IMG/VR virus record: IMGVR_UViG_3300049988_000245
Span: 64,001-128,000 of that record
Strand: one strand, 5' to 3'
Length of the DNA stretch: 64,000 nucleotides
Origin: a virus
Lineage: Duplodnaviria; Caudoviricetes
In this document: positions 18,379-27,563 of the stretch, piece by piece
How positions within the stretch are numbered: the first letter of the stretch is position 1
Layout of the letters: each line of letters begins with the position of its first letter
Translations under genes and position numbers: made by a program
Notes under the pieces: model-generated
Databases searched by the model: none
What the model was told of the DNA's origin: nothing
What the model saw: only the letters and a program-made list of their open reading frames with translations

Positions 18379-18987
18379 TCAGGCAGATTCCTCCTCGGGC
18401 GGGGCAATTTTGTACCACCGCATTTTGAACTCCATCGCCTCGTTCGGGTCCTTAATCACCGCGACAACGTTCCGAAGCTGGTTCGACCATCCACCGGTCA
18501 CGACATGCGGACCTCGAATTCGTTCATTCACCCAGACTTCCATCTCCGTGTGTTGGTCCGAGGTCATAGTAGTCTCGATTCTGTAATTCTTGACCAGCGA
18601 CCTGAACCAATCTCGAACCTCTACAAGAGATCGTGGATCAGAGAATGCCAAACGCCATCCGTTAACATTGGACGACATGTCACCTTCGCGTTGCAGTAGA
18701 ACATTTCCATTCACACCATCGACGAATTTTCTGAATTCGGTGTAGTCCCAAAGTTTATTATTGATGTCCAAATCAGTTACTCGAAACTCTTCCCCGAAGG
18801 AGGCTCCGAAATACCACATCCGATAGTCATTGAACGGGTCTGGTAAGCCATGCGAGGGAATCTTCGCCACTCCCTGGAGCGTATTAGCAATTGGCTGAAA
18901 CTCCATGACTCGGGAGTTCATATTGGTGATCTGCGAGTATACCTCTGGGGTGAAGGACACGCGCGGAACCATTATAACGGTACTCAT
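18379..18987 (-). CDS. Tandem two-domain FxLRW-family protein
   Basis: LAFSDPRSL.. then WVNERIRG...IKDPNEAMEFKMRWY. Confidence 0.7.
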   Translation of the reverse strand: MSTVIMVPRVSFTPEVYSQITNMNSRVMEFQPIANTLQGVAKIPSHGLPDPFNDYRMWYFGASFGEEFRVTDLDINNKLWDYTEFRKFVDGVNGNVLLQREGDMSSNVNGWRLAFSDPRSLVEVRDWFRSLVKNYRIETTMTSDQHTEMEVWVNERIRGPHVVTGGWSNQLRNVVAVIKDPNEAMEFKMRWYKIAPPEEESA

Positions 18988-19011
18988 ATATATACCCCAA
19001 AGCCCCTAAAT

Positions 19012-19395
19012 ATGCGTATGAAGAAGCCGCAGAGACCTCTGGTTCAGAGGTTCTTCCACGACATGTTTACCGGACGTGACAACCATACATTCGATATGGG
19101 TCGTATCCTGTGGTTTCAGTCGATTCAAGCCTTCATCGGCCTGTCCGTGTATGCACTGTACAAGGGCGGCACCTTCGATCCCGTTCTCTGGGGCGCAGGT
19201 CTCGCCGCGCTCATGGCATCTGGTGGCGCCGCCCTCGGGTTGAAGTCTGGCACCGAGCCGGAATTTCGTGAGAAGACCCCGATGGGTGATTTCTCCGGCC
19301 GGATCGATGCAGTTCGAACCGAAGTCACCTCGGTTCGTCAGTCGGCCACCTCCATGGCGGCTTCGAAGCCAGACGAGCCAGACGACGGGGTTTGA
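19012..19395 (+). CDS. Small membrane protein, possible holin
   Basis: Two hydrophobic segments (DMGRILW...GLAALMASGGAALGLK); TAAATA immediately upstream. Confidence 0.55.
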   Translation: MRMKKPQRPLVQRFFHDMFTGRDNHTFDMGRILWFQSIQAFIGLSVYALYKGGTFDPVLWGAGLAALMASGGAALGLKSGTEPEFREKTPMGDFSGRIDAVRTEVTSVRQSATSMAASKPDEPDDGV

Positions 19396-20438
19396 TTCGG
19401 CTTCTTTCGTCTCGGACCCGTATTGGTCCCGCGCCGAATCGCCTTTATGTGCATAGGTACGCCACCGGGAAGCTCTTTGTAGGCTTCTCCGCGAATCACC
19501 TTATAAACGGCATCGCCGATACCAAGCTCGCGGGCGATCTGCTTCCCGAACACGTATCGGGTCCGATACATCCGCCGGGCCTGGATGACTTGCTCTTCAG
19601 TCAGTCTGCGACGGAATCCAGACGGTCGAAGTGTTGTTGCTCCCGGAACGTCTGCATAGTACCTTCCCGTAACGATATTGTTGATTGTCGCCGGATCAGT
19701 ACCTCCATAGGCGTCACCAAGCTTCTTAAGTGAAATACCAGACGTATACTGAAGCCGAATGAACAGGACTTGCTCGTCCGTAAACTTGCGCGCCTGATTG
19801 CGTTTTACTAGGGCGCCCGGCAGATGTGCGTACAAGCGTCCGGCCAGGATCGCATTAGTAAGATTTCGGGAGAGACCAAACTTGGCGGCGATCTCCGCTT
19901 GAGTGATGTCCTTTTTTGCGTAAAGGCTACGCATCCGCAGGACGTCCTTTTCCGGAATACTTCCGAGGGGCTTCTTTACCGCCCCGTGGATGTCCTTGTA
20001 GGAACGACCGGAGACGATCGCGCTGATCACAGTAGTTGGAGCCTCGAAGTATGCGGCTAACGCAGACTGTGCCCAATTCTTCTCACGGTAAAGATACCGC
20101 ATAAAAACGACTTGATATTTCTTAAACGTCCGGGGATTCTTCTTTATTGCTCCCGGAAGGTATGCGTATGACCGTCCTGAGATGCAATTGGCAACGCGCT
20201 TTTCGGCCTCGCCCATATAGGCAGCGATCTGACTATGCGTCCATCCGGATCGGGCGAGTTCCCGCATGTGCAAGACTTCGCTTGGCGTGAAAGCCTCGCG
20301 ACCAATCCGCACTTGTCCTTCGAACTCGAACTCCAGATACGCACTGATCGCTGCGTCAGACCACTTTTCGTCGGTCAAACGGCGAATCGTAAGAACCTGC
20401 TGGTCAGTGTAATGGATTGTGGAAGGAGGAGTCGGCAT
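19338..20438 (-). CDS. Tandem multi-HTH DNA-binding protein (about 6 repeats of the homing-endonuclease-type HTH)
   Basis: Repeated ~55-60 aa unit: T.EQV..IR..Y....Q..LA..FG.....I..I..GR.Y..LPG. Confidence 0.75.
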   Translation of the reverse strand: MPTPPSTIHYTDQQVLTIRRLTDEKWSDAAISAYLEFEFEGQVRIGREAFTPSEVLHMRELARSGWTHSQIAAYMGEAEKRVANCISGRSYAYLPGAIKKNPRTFKKYQVVFMRYLYREKNWAQSALAAYFEAPTTVISAIVSGRSYKDIHGAVKKPLGSIPEKDVLRMRSLYAKKDITQAEIAAKFGLSRNLTNAILAGRLYAHLPGALVKRNQARKFTDEQVLFIRLQYTSGISLKKLGDAYGGTDPATINNIVTGRYYADVPGATTLRPSGFRRRLTEEQVIQARRMYRTRYVFGKQIARELGIGDAVYKVIRGEAYKELPGGVPMHIKAIRRGTNTGPRRKKPNQTPSSGSSGFEAAMEVAD

Positions 20439-20643
20439 GAAATCCCCGTTTGTGAGCGGAGAAACTACCGGGGCTGGCCTTTTTGGTCAACCGAATCTGG
20501 GCGAACAAAATCGATTTTCAAGGGGACAGGCGGGCTGATGAGGCCGAGGTCCCTTCTGCGTAATCAACGCAGTGGCCTGTTGATGGGCCATATCCGGCGA
20601 ACCGGATTCTCTGACATGGTTAGCCTGCCCCCATGGAAATCGA

Positions 20644-20844
20644 TCACTTATCGTTGAGTAGGGAGTTTCGATACCGATTTTCGGCGATCACTTTGTCCAT
20701 CTCGTCGGCGCGCCGCCGTCTATAGGCAGCGATATCGCAATCAAGGGCCGCCGTTCGACGATTCGATCTAACCCAAAGCATCAGGCAGAAAACGATCGCA
20801 GCCAGCGGCGGCCCAAACAAATATACGAGAGATGGGGATATCAT
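20644..20844 (-). CDS. Small membrane-anchored protein
   Basis: N-terminal TM helix. Confidence 0.55.
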   Translation of the reverse strand: MISPSLVYLFGPPLAAIVFCLMLWVRSNRRTAALDCDIAAYRRRRADEMDKVIAENRYRNSLLNDK

Positions 20845-21323
20845 TGGTGTGACGAGTGAACCTCTGGGAGGCCCGTATTGTGCATGGTCTCACTTGGGGA
20901 AGTCAATTTTTCCCAATCGCCATCCACGGGTTCTAGCACGTTGACGGCAAATCGGCTGTCGTCGAGCACCTGAAGCCAGCCGATCACGTCTTCGCGCGTC
21001 CCTCGGAAGCCGAACTCTCGCATGATCTCGTCCACGATCATCGGATGGGGTCCGGATTCGGCCTCGCCGATCACGGAGATGCTGAGGTGACGGCAGGGTA
21101 CGCCCGGAGCGTGCTCCTCGATCGCGTATGTGGCCTCGTAGCAGGTAGGAAGCTGTACGGTCTGGTCTCGGTCCATAGTGAGCGGCAGGGCGGCTGTGCC
21201 GTTCTCCAACGCTTCCGCGCGGGACTGAATGGTCGAGTACGGAATGATGTTTCGGTGCGCATCCTGAAGGGCGACCGACATGAGGGCACGGGCTTGATTG
21301 TCGATGATGAGGGGGAGCGACAT
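20841..21323 (-). CDS. Hypothetical protein
   Basis: ORF track; CRHLSISV..PHP motif. Confidence 0.7.
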   Translation of the reverse strand: MSLPLIIDNQARALMSVALQDAHRNIIPYSTIQSRAEALENGTAALPLTMDRDQTVQLPTCYEATYAIEEHAPGVPCRHLSISVIGEAESGPHPMIVDEIMREFGFRGTREDVIGWLQVLDDSRFAVNVLEPVDGDWEKLTSPSETMHNTGLPEVHSSHQ

Positions 21324-21418
21324 CGTGTTTCCACCGTGAGAGCGCGCCTGTCCCGGCGCTCCCATGACATTCTCACCCGGCCGTGACGAAGGCAAGTCCG
21401 TCGCTTTAGACCAACCAA

Positions 21419-21676
21419 TTAGTCAAGTGCCTCTACGGTCACCCGAACGCGTTTTCCACGAAGAGAGTTAAACAGGGTGTGGGAATCCTCTCGCCCATTT
21501 TCAGACCATGAGCGGAGTTCGACCGAGAACATCCCGTCCGAGTGGGTCTCCTGTGGGGTCATGACGACGACAATCAGGGCCTGCGCGCCGTCGTCCACCT
21601 CGATATGGTCGTGGTCAACAACACCCTTGCGGGATTCGGTTGGGAACACAAACTCGGTTGCGTATCGAATCATCAT
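21419..21676 (-). CDS. Hypothetical protein
   Basis: ORF track; overlaps next gene by 4 nt. Confidence 0.65.
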   Translation of the reverse strand: MMIRYATEFVFPTESRKGVVDHDHIEVDDGAQALIVVVMTPQETHSDGMFSVELRSWSENGREDSHTLFNSLRGKRVRVTVEALD

Positions 21677-21951
21677 TCAACCCATCGGTAAGCGGTAAAT
21701 CGACCTTCTTTATGAGATTCCTCGACCCAACCGGCGTCACGGCAGTCTCGGGCGATTCGTTCGGCCAGCATCACGGCGGCTGTCACAGGACCCCCATGAG
21801 CGCGTAGTGCATGTACGCAGTACTCGGCTACGTCCTTCACCCGGAAGGGTCGCTGGCGCATATCCACGTAGACCTGTTCGACCACCTCCCAGGCGACCGA
21901 TGTGCCCGCAACAACGTAGCGGTGGTCCTTGAAACAATAATCCCGCGCCAA
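21673..21951 (-). CDS. Hypothetical protein
   Basis: ORF track. Confidence 0.6.
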   Translation of the reverse strand: MARDYCFKDHRYVVAGTSVAWEVVEQVYVDMRQRPFRVKDVAEYCVHALRAHGGPVTAAVMLAERIARDCRDAGWVEESHKEGRFTAYRWVE

Positions 21952-21970
21952 CGACCCGTTCTCCAGTGAG

Positions 21971-22861
21971 TTATCGGATTCCCGTATACCCGCCGTCGAA
22001 CACCTTGGCCATAACCCGATCGGTTAAAGATTCCACGAAATCGTCCATCATGGAATCAGCGCCGAATAGACGCTTCAGAGAGAAGCCACGCTTCACCTCG
22101 GTGGTGACGCGGAACAGCGGTATGTTCGAGGCAAACGCATGCAGGATCGCGGAATTGCTGTCGCCGAGTTCGTCAACCAGGGTGCCGACATGGTCCTTGG
22201 CCATGAAGTAGTCGCCGTCCATGGTGGCTTCGGTCACCTGGGGGCGAAACCCCTGGACGTGCTGCTTGAACGCCGTGTGTAGCCCCTGGAGCTTGTCGTT
22301 GACCGCATCCTTGTCCTCGTCCGTTGGTGTCTTGAACGGCACCACGGTGCGTTTCATTTTACCGGCGGTGAAGAGTTCGAAGTGCACTCCGATTCGCTTC
22401 AGCGCGTCCTCGAAGATTGGAATTTGACCAACCACGCCGATCGAGCCGACGAACGCCATCGGGTTTGCCACCAGCTTGGTGGCGACGCAGGCCATCATGT
22501 AGCCGCCGGATGCCGCGATCTCATCCACGAACACCGTGACAGGAATCTTCGCGTTGATCAGCCGCTCCACCTGGGCCGCCGCATTGGCGTACGCGGTTAC
22601 GGGGCCGCCGGGGGAATACACCGACAAGTACACCTGGGTGCCCTTGGCACCAGCGTTGACGATCACCGCGTTCACGTCGTGTTCGAGCTTCCGGAAGGCG
22701 TCTTCCTTCGGAATGCGGGTGTCGAACGTGATCAGGAAGATCGGGCCGCTGCTGGTGTTCTTGTTAGCTTCCATAAACACCTTTTGCGTATTCTTGGTGC
22801 CGATCTGTTTGGCCAGCACCTTGGTCTCGTTCTCGATCTTGGTCTTGTACTTCTTCTTCAT
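21971..22861 (-). CDS. S49 (SppA/SohB-like) peptidase
   Basis: SPGG.V..Y, VDEIAASGGYMMAC, GSIGVV, TAGKMKRT. Confidence 0.92.
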   Translation of the reverse strand: MKKKYKTKIENETKVLAKQIGTKNTQKVFMEANKNTSSGPIFLITFDTRIPKEDAFRKLEHDVNAVIVNAGAKGTQVYLSVYSPGGPVTAYANAAAQVERLINAKIPVTVFVDEIAASGGYMMACVATKLVANPMAFVGSIGVVGQIPIFEDALKRIGVHFELFTAGKMKRTVVPFKTPTDEDKDAVNDKLQGLHTAFKQHVQGFRPQVTEATMDGDYFMAKDHVGTLVDELGDSNSAILHAFASNIPLFRVTTEVKRGFSLKRLFGADSMMDDFVESLTDRVMAKVFDGGYTGIR

Positions 22862-22887
22862 AGAAAATCTCCGGGTACACATGAAAA

Positions 22888-22907
22888 GGGCGCCCCGTAG
22901 GGCGCCC
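22888..22907. terminator. Hairpin terminator
   Basis: GGGCGCCC-CGTA-GGGCGCCC with a T-run on the minus strand. Confidence 0.65.
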
Positions 22908-22916
22908 CAGATCGGT

Positions 22917-23519
22917 TCAGGCTACCTGACGCTGTGCGTCCGGCGCTGGGAGCTTGCCCCGGTAGTGGTTGGCGATGCCGTAGGTGAGGAAAGCACCACC
23001 TGCGATGGCGAGGAACACCAGGGCGATCAGGATCGGGGCCATGCCGCTATCTTCCTTGTCGTCCGACTTGAAGAAGTCGGTGACCTTGTCGAAGGCGTCG
23101 CCGATACCCGAAGAGGCGTGGTAGATGTTCGAGCCCATCGCATAGGTGTTGTATGCGGTGGTCGCCATGTTGGCGAAGCTCTTCTCCCGGAACATCTCGA
23201 TCCACGAATGGATAGTGATGATCAGGCCGGTGCCGAGCGCAGGGACGATGATCGTCAGGTACCACATCCCCATGAGGGCGTTGTTGAACTTTGCCGACAT
23301 CGGGTGGACCAGATTCAGCACCACCGCTTCGAGGATGATGAGGAGCATCGAGAAGCCGATCGCCGACTGGATCGCGGCCGACCAGATGACGAGGAACATG
23401 AAGGGTCCGTGGGACTCACGCTCCGCCCAGGTCATGCCGACGACGCGGGCATTCATGAACGAGATGAAGGTGTTCCAGAGAACCAGAGCAACGGCGAACA
23501 AAATGTACCAACCAGACAT
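22917..23519 (-). CDS. Multi-pass membrane protein
   Basis: 4-5 hydrophobic segments, 200 aa. Confidence 0.8.
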   Translation of the reverse strand: MSGWYILFAVALVLWNTFISFMNARVVGMTWAERESHGPFMFLVIWSAAIQSAIGFSMLLIILEAVVLNLVHPMSAKFNNALMGMWYLTIIVPALGTGLIITIHSWIEMFREKSFANMATTAYNTYAMGSNIYHASSGIGDAFDKVTDFFKSDDKEDSGMAPILIALVFLAIAGGAFLTYGIANHYRGKLPAPDAQRQVA

Positions 23520-23596
23520 GGCTAAAATCCTTGTAGAGAGATGCCTATATTGTGTTTCATGAGGACCAAGCGGTCAATTAAAACCGCTTGGAATGA

Positions 23597-23854
23597 TTAA
23601 TGCTCACCCACCCAGCGCATCTTGAATTCGAATGTTTGTTCTGCATTGGGCATAGTAAACGTTCTGTGGTTGGAAACGTACCACCGAGTATCGTCATCGA
23701 TCGATGGCTCGCCAAACCTCTCCTGACACCACTCAGTGATCTCTTGAGTAAGTTTGTCGGCCTCGTTCACGTTCTGAAGACCGATTGGATCGACGAGGAA
23801 TAACCACCAACCGCTCAATGGGTCGAAACCACCCTCCTCGACGATGACTTTCAT
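23597..23854 (-). CDS. FxLRW-family small protein
   Basis: WCQERFG...NAEQTFEFKMRWVG. Confidence 0.8.
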   Translation of the reverse strand: MKVIVEEGGFDPLSGWWLFLVDPIGLQNVNEADKLTQEITEWCQERFGEPSIDDDTRWYVSNHRTFTMPNAEQTFEFKMRWVGEH

Positions 23855-24042
23855 CGGTTCAGCGCGATCCCGCCGAGGCAGATGGCTGAGGCCCATCCGC
23901 CGCCGCCCAGGATGACGAACCCACCGATCGTCTTGTAAGTATCGGAGGCGTTCAGGCCAGTGTGGATCATCCATCCACCGAGTCCCATTGCGGCTAGACC
24001 CAAGAGGCCAACCCCCAGGACCATGTATGCGAGTTTCTCCAT
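23851..24042 (-). CDS. Small 2-TM protein
   Basis: Two hydrophobic Gly-rich helices. Confidence 0.65.
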   Translation of the reverse strand: MEKLAYMVLGVGLLGLAAMGLGGWMIHTGLNASDTYKTIGGFVILGGGGWASAICLGGIALNR

Positions 24043-24105
24043 CGCTTTTGCCTCAGGTTGGATGTGGTGATACGGGCGAGCTTACAAAAAGGGGTCTACG
24101 TAGTT

Positions 24106-24450
24106 TTAAGCGTAGGCGAACCCGAGCAGCAGCAATTCGTCTCGACGGATCGGCTTCGGTAGGCCATCCGCGATGATCACGGCAAGTTCGAACGGCATGA
24201 TCTCGATCGGGAAGTCTTTCTGCATACCGAAGTCGTCCCCGCCCCAAAGGGCGATCCGAACTGTGGTGAGATCACCACTGACGCCGCCGCCATGGATTTC
24301 ACCAACGAAGCAGCGAAGCTCGCCATTGGTGGTCGGATACCAGTCCTCGTTCGTCGGAGCGGTGAATTCGTAACGCTGAGGGATCACGCCGTTCATCCGG
24401 GTATTCCGGTACGGAGGATTCGGAGCGACCTTCGGTGCTTTGCGTCCCAT
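24106..24450 (-). CDS. Hypothetical protein
   Basis: GGAG SD; LWGGDDFGMQKD motif. Confidence 0.7.
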   Translation of the reverse strand: MGRKAPKVAPNPPYRNTRMNGVIPQRYEFTAPTNEDWYPTTNGELRCFVGEIHGGGVSGDLTTVRIALWGGDDFGMQKDFPIEIMPFELAVIIADGLPKPIRRDELLLLGFAYA

Positions 24451-24570
24451 GAATCTCTCCTCAGCGCGAGTAGCGGCGACCGCGTTTGACCGAGCCGTCA
24501 GCGGTGGAGCGGATCGTCCATTCCTTGCCCTTGTCGTGGGTCTCGACAGTCAGCTTGACCTTGCCCCGCT

Positions 24571-24610
24571 GCTGATGTCATCAATATACATCAAAACGCG
24601 AGAGATACAA
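24571..24610 (-). promoter_or_regulatory. Early promoter (conserved motif)
   Basis: TTGTAT-N16-TATATT-gatgacATCAGC; nearly identical to the 7322 site. Confidence 0.65.
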
Positions 24611-24703
24611 GAGTATAGAATCGATCTGGTTAACGCTCACCAAACCTCATCCGCAGGCCGATGCCGCGAAGCGTGATGAGTGGGGAAGCCATACGTGTCT
24701 CCG

Positions 24704-24967
24704 CTATCCGAAACAAAGTTTGAACGCGACCGCGTCTACCTCACGATAAAACAAGAGATCGACGGAATCTGAGAACTTAGGAGTGTACTTGTATAAAATG
24801 TTGTTTTCGTCCAGCCAAGCCTTAGCTTGGTCGCTGAGGCACGTCTGGACGTGATGACCGAGGACGCTTTTGGCGTTCCGAAGCGCACGATGATCCGAGG
24901 CGCCGTTTATGAACACCTTGACCAGACGAACACTCCCGTCCGGATTAAGAATCGGTGTGAGAATCAT
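24704..24967 (-). CDS. FxLRW-family small protein
   Basis: WLDENN...LFYREVDAVAFKLCFG. Confidence 0.75.
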   Translation of the reverse strand: MILTPILNPDGSVRLVKVFINGASDHRALRNAKSVLGHHVQTCLSDQAKAWLDENNILYKYTPKFSDSVDLLFYREVDAVAFKLCFG

Positions 24968-25239
24968 GATTCGGGGTCCGCAGGATAAACCTGCCAGTGC
25001 GTGCCGATGACGTAGTCCTTGTAGGGATTCGCCGTAACAGTCTTGAAGCCACCGAGGTAGTCGTAATTCTCCGACTCGTAGTCAACGGTAAGTTCGGATT
25101 CCCACACGCAGACGTGCCAGGATTTCTCCGGACTATGGTTGTTCAGGCTCTCCCATCCGGCGGTCCCGTAGACGAGGAGCTTGCGACCATCCCGTGGAGT
25201 GTTCTGGTCGATCGGGTAGGTGACGCCGGGGACAAACAT
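24964..25239 (-). CDS. Hypothetical protein (DUF551-like end)
   Basis: TPRDGRKLL...GTHWQ. Confidence 0.65.
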   Translation of the reverse strand: MFVPGVTYPIDQNTPRDGRKLLVYGTAGWESLNNHSPEKSWHVCVWESELTVDYESENYDYLGGFKTVTANPYKDYVIGTHWQVYPADPES

Positions 25240-25243
25240 TTCC

Positions 25244-25453
25244 TTAACCCTCGATGTCCGCTTTCAGCTTAGTCAGGCTAGAGAAGATTTCCCCGCCCTT
25301 TTTCTGTCCCTGCGGGATATACTGAAACCCCGCTTCGGTTCGCTGGATGACACCTGATTTTCGATCGTTCAAGTGCACCACGATCTGCGTATCGCTGATC
25401 CGCGTGTAGCGAATCGCGAGACCACCGCCGTACTTGATCTTTTCGTAAGACAT
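25244..25453 (-). CDS. Hypothetical early protein
   Basis: Downstream of early promoter, GGAGG SD. Confidence 0.7.
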   Translation of the reverse strand: MSYEKIKYGGGLAIRYTRISDTQIVVHLNDRKSGVIQRTEAGFQYIPQGQKKGGEIFSSLTKLKADIEG

Positions 25454-25467
25454 GTGGGCCTCCCGTT

Positions 25468-25507
25468 CCGATGTGATCTAATATACATCGAATTAGGAGG
25501 ATGTCAA
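25468..25507 (-). promoter_or_regulatory. Early promoter (conserved motif)
   Basis: TTGACA-N16-TATATT-agatcacATCGG. Confidence 0.75.
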
Positions 25508-25508
25508 C

Positions 25509-26531
25509 TTAGGTGACGACGACGCCCTGCGGACCGGCCTTCACACGGGTGCCGCCCTTCTGCTGGGCCGAGGTGGCGACGAACAGGGCAAGCTCCGGCA
25601 CGCGCGCGCGGATCATCGAGACCAGATCGTGCGACGGGTCAGGGTTTGCCGAGCCCGCACCCGCAGCGGGAGAGCGTCCGGTCACGACGCCGTCGATGTA
25701 CGCCTGGACTTCCTTCTGCTGCTCCGGGTTGAGACCCTTTAGCTGATTCCAGAGATCGAACTTCACGCCTGTGGCGGAATCCTGATACTGGCCGTTCTCG
25801 ACCGTCGCGGAAATCTGCGCCAGGGTGATTTTACCATCTGCGGTCTTCAGCGTGATGTTCTCGACGTACTTCGTCTCGGTGTGCTCGATCGTCCCTTCGA
25901 GGGAAATCTGCGTGAAGAAATCGCGACTCGACGAGACAGCGCCGCCCTGCTTGAACTCGTACTCGGAGATCGCCTTCAGCGCCGCCGCAGCCTTCTTCGC
26001 GGCCTCACCAAGCTCCGGGCTGAGCCCTTCGATCCCGGCGGTGGTCATGTCCACGTTGATTCCGCTTGCCTGTAGCTGCTGAATCACGTGGTCCATGTCG
26101 CCGTTGAACACCTGATCCATCTGCGAGGACGCCTGCTGGGCCGCCGCAGGGTTCGAAGCCAGACCCACCAGGGTGCCGACCATGCCGACGAGGATCGCGA
26201 TGAGCGCACGATTCTGCATGGCGATCTTGCCCACCTTGAGCACCTTTTGGAGCGTGCCTGAGACCTGGGGGTTTTCAGCGAACACGTTCAACGCTTTGTT
26301 CGTGGTCGCTGCGAGGAAGTCATACTGGATATCCCGGTACTTCTGCTGCGCTGCCTTGGCTGTCGCCTTGATCTTGTCCGCCAGCGGGCCTTCCATGAGC
26401 AGGCGAGAGCGGGCGCTTTCCCGTAGGGGGCGGAGAAGGGGGTTCGCGGCGTGGCATTCGAGGAAAAACGAGATCGTCTCGTCTTCGTTCTCGATCAGAT
26501 GCAGATAGGTACGAAACAGGGAAGCGGTCAT
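25509..26531 (-). CDS. Hypothetical protein with central TM segment (possible internal virion protein)
   Basis: 340-aa ORF; ALIAILVGMVGTLVGLA; Glu-rich N-terminus. Confidence 0.7.
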   Translation of the reverse strand: MTASLFRTYLHLIENEDETISFFLECHAANPLLRPLRESARSRLLMEGPLADKIKATAKAAQQKYRDIQYDFLAATTNKALNVFAENPQVSGTLQKVLKVGKIAMQNRALIAILVGMVGTLVGLASNPAAAQQASSQMDQVFNGDMDHVIQQLQASGINVDMTTAGIEGLSPELGEAAKKAAAALKAISEYEFKQGGAVSSSRDFFTQISLEGTIEHTETKYVENITLKTADGKITLAQISATVENGQYQDSATGVKFDLWNQLKGLNPEQQKEVQAYIDGVVTGRSPAAGAGSANPDPSHDLVSMIRARVPELALFVATSAQQKGGTRVKAGPQGVVVT

Positions 26532-26600
26532 CCGATATTTATGTTCAAATGTCCGGACTAAATGGTATGCCCATTTCATTACACAGCATAGAGATTTGAA

Positions 26601-26831
26601 ATGGCTATTCCAGAATCCAATATCTACAAGATGGACATGAGCAGCCCGCTGAACGAGCCGTTCTATCACTACACCTACGGAGGACGCGGAATGCACGAGG
26701 GTCTGTTCGAGGGAGACCGTTACGTGATCGTGACGAAGATTACCGGACAGGACAACTACGTGTTCGCGAACATCAATACGGGTAGGTTAGTTTCAGGGGT
26801 GCACCCGCTCTCGCGCTTTGTTGCGATCTGA
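26601..26831 (+). CDS. Hypothetical protein
   Basis: ORF track. Confidence 0.5.
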   Translation: MAIPESNIYKMDMSSPLNEPFYHYTYGGRGMHEGLFEGDRYVIVTKITGQDNYVFANINTGRLVSGVHPLSRFVAI

Positions 26832-27147
26832 TAAAATCGTCGGACGATTCCTCGCGTCCGACAACATGCCGGAGCTTGTCCCAAATCTCCTCGGTGAGGA
26901 CCATCGTCGTGCCATCGACGCGGTCGTAGAGTTCCGGGGCGATCTCGCAGAAAATCTCGACGAGAGGATTCCCGCGCATCCGGTCGATGGGGAGAAATCG
27001 ATTCTTCACCGCCCGGAACAGCATCTCGCCGGGATCGCGCTTGATTATCACGTGCGCGCGGAACGATATCGTCGTGCGAATCCGGTCTGCGCCGACGATT
27101 TGTCGGCCCTGACGATTCGGGATCAGCGCGATGATCTGAGGGGGCAT
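26773..27147 (-). CDS. Hypothetical protein
   Basis: ORF track; ATG at 27147. Confidence 0.55.
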   Translation of the reverse strand: MPPQIIALIPNRQGRQIVGADRIRTTISFRAHVIIKRDPGEMLFRAVKNRFLPIDRMRGNPLVEIFCEIAPELYDRVDGTTMVLTEEIWDKLRHVVGREESSDDFIRSQQSARAGAPLKLTYPY

Positions 27148-27170
27148 GAATCCATGGTCCAAACATGGGT

Positions 27171-27490
27171 CCGGGGGCCGAAGCCCCCGGTTCTGTTTCT
27201 ACGGTTACCCTACCGCACGAAGATCACGCCGCGAGGCGGACTTCCATGGCAACGTTGTCGTTGACAGATATGTGTTTGAACAGTGCACGCAAACAGTTTC
27301 CTGCGTACGCAAGCCGTGTCTCAGCTTATGTCGCCTCGTGCTCCCCGAAGGAAGTCGATCTCTCTTGCCCCTTCACGCGCAATCGATCCCAAGTCGCCCC
27401 CATCAGGAGAACACTTCATGAAAGTGTGCTCATGGTGGAGGCGTGCGGATTCGAACCGCAGTGTTGCCGCGCTATCTCACAAGGTCTTCA
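27171..27490 (-). ncRNA. ssrA: Circularly permuted (two-piece) tmRNA
   Basis: Acceptor piece ending T-arm TGCGG-TTCGAAT-CCGCA + CGCCTCC-A-CCA (ends 27433); hairpin spacer; coding piece starting GGGGGCG at 27401 (7-bp stem with G3:U70); tag ORF 27265-27224 VNDNVAMEVRLAA*; 3' hairpin 27171-27190. 5' end approximate. Confidence 0.93.
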
Positions 27491-27499
27491 ACAGTGGGG

Positions 27500-27530
27500 T
27501 ATTTATAGCTGAGCGTCGGTGGAGTGTCAA
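27500..27530 (-). promoter_or_regulatory. Composite sigma70 and late promoter of tmRNA
   Basis: TTGACA-N17-TATAAA, where the -10 is also the exact TATAAATA late motif. Confidence 0.8.
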
Positions 27531-27563
27531 GAATGGTGGAGGCGGCGATATAATAAATAATAG

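Noticed and set aside
27429-27465. Ordinary tRNA gene
   Set aside because: No anticodon arm upstream; the acceptor partner GGGGGCG lies downstream, which defines a permuted tmRNA
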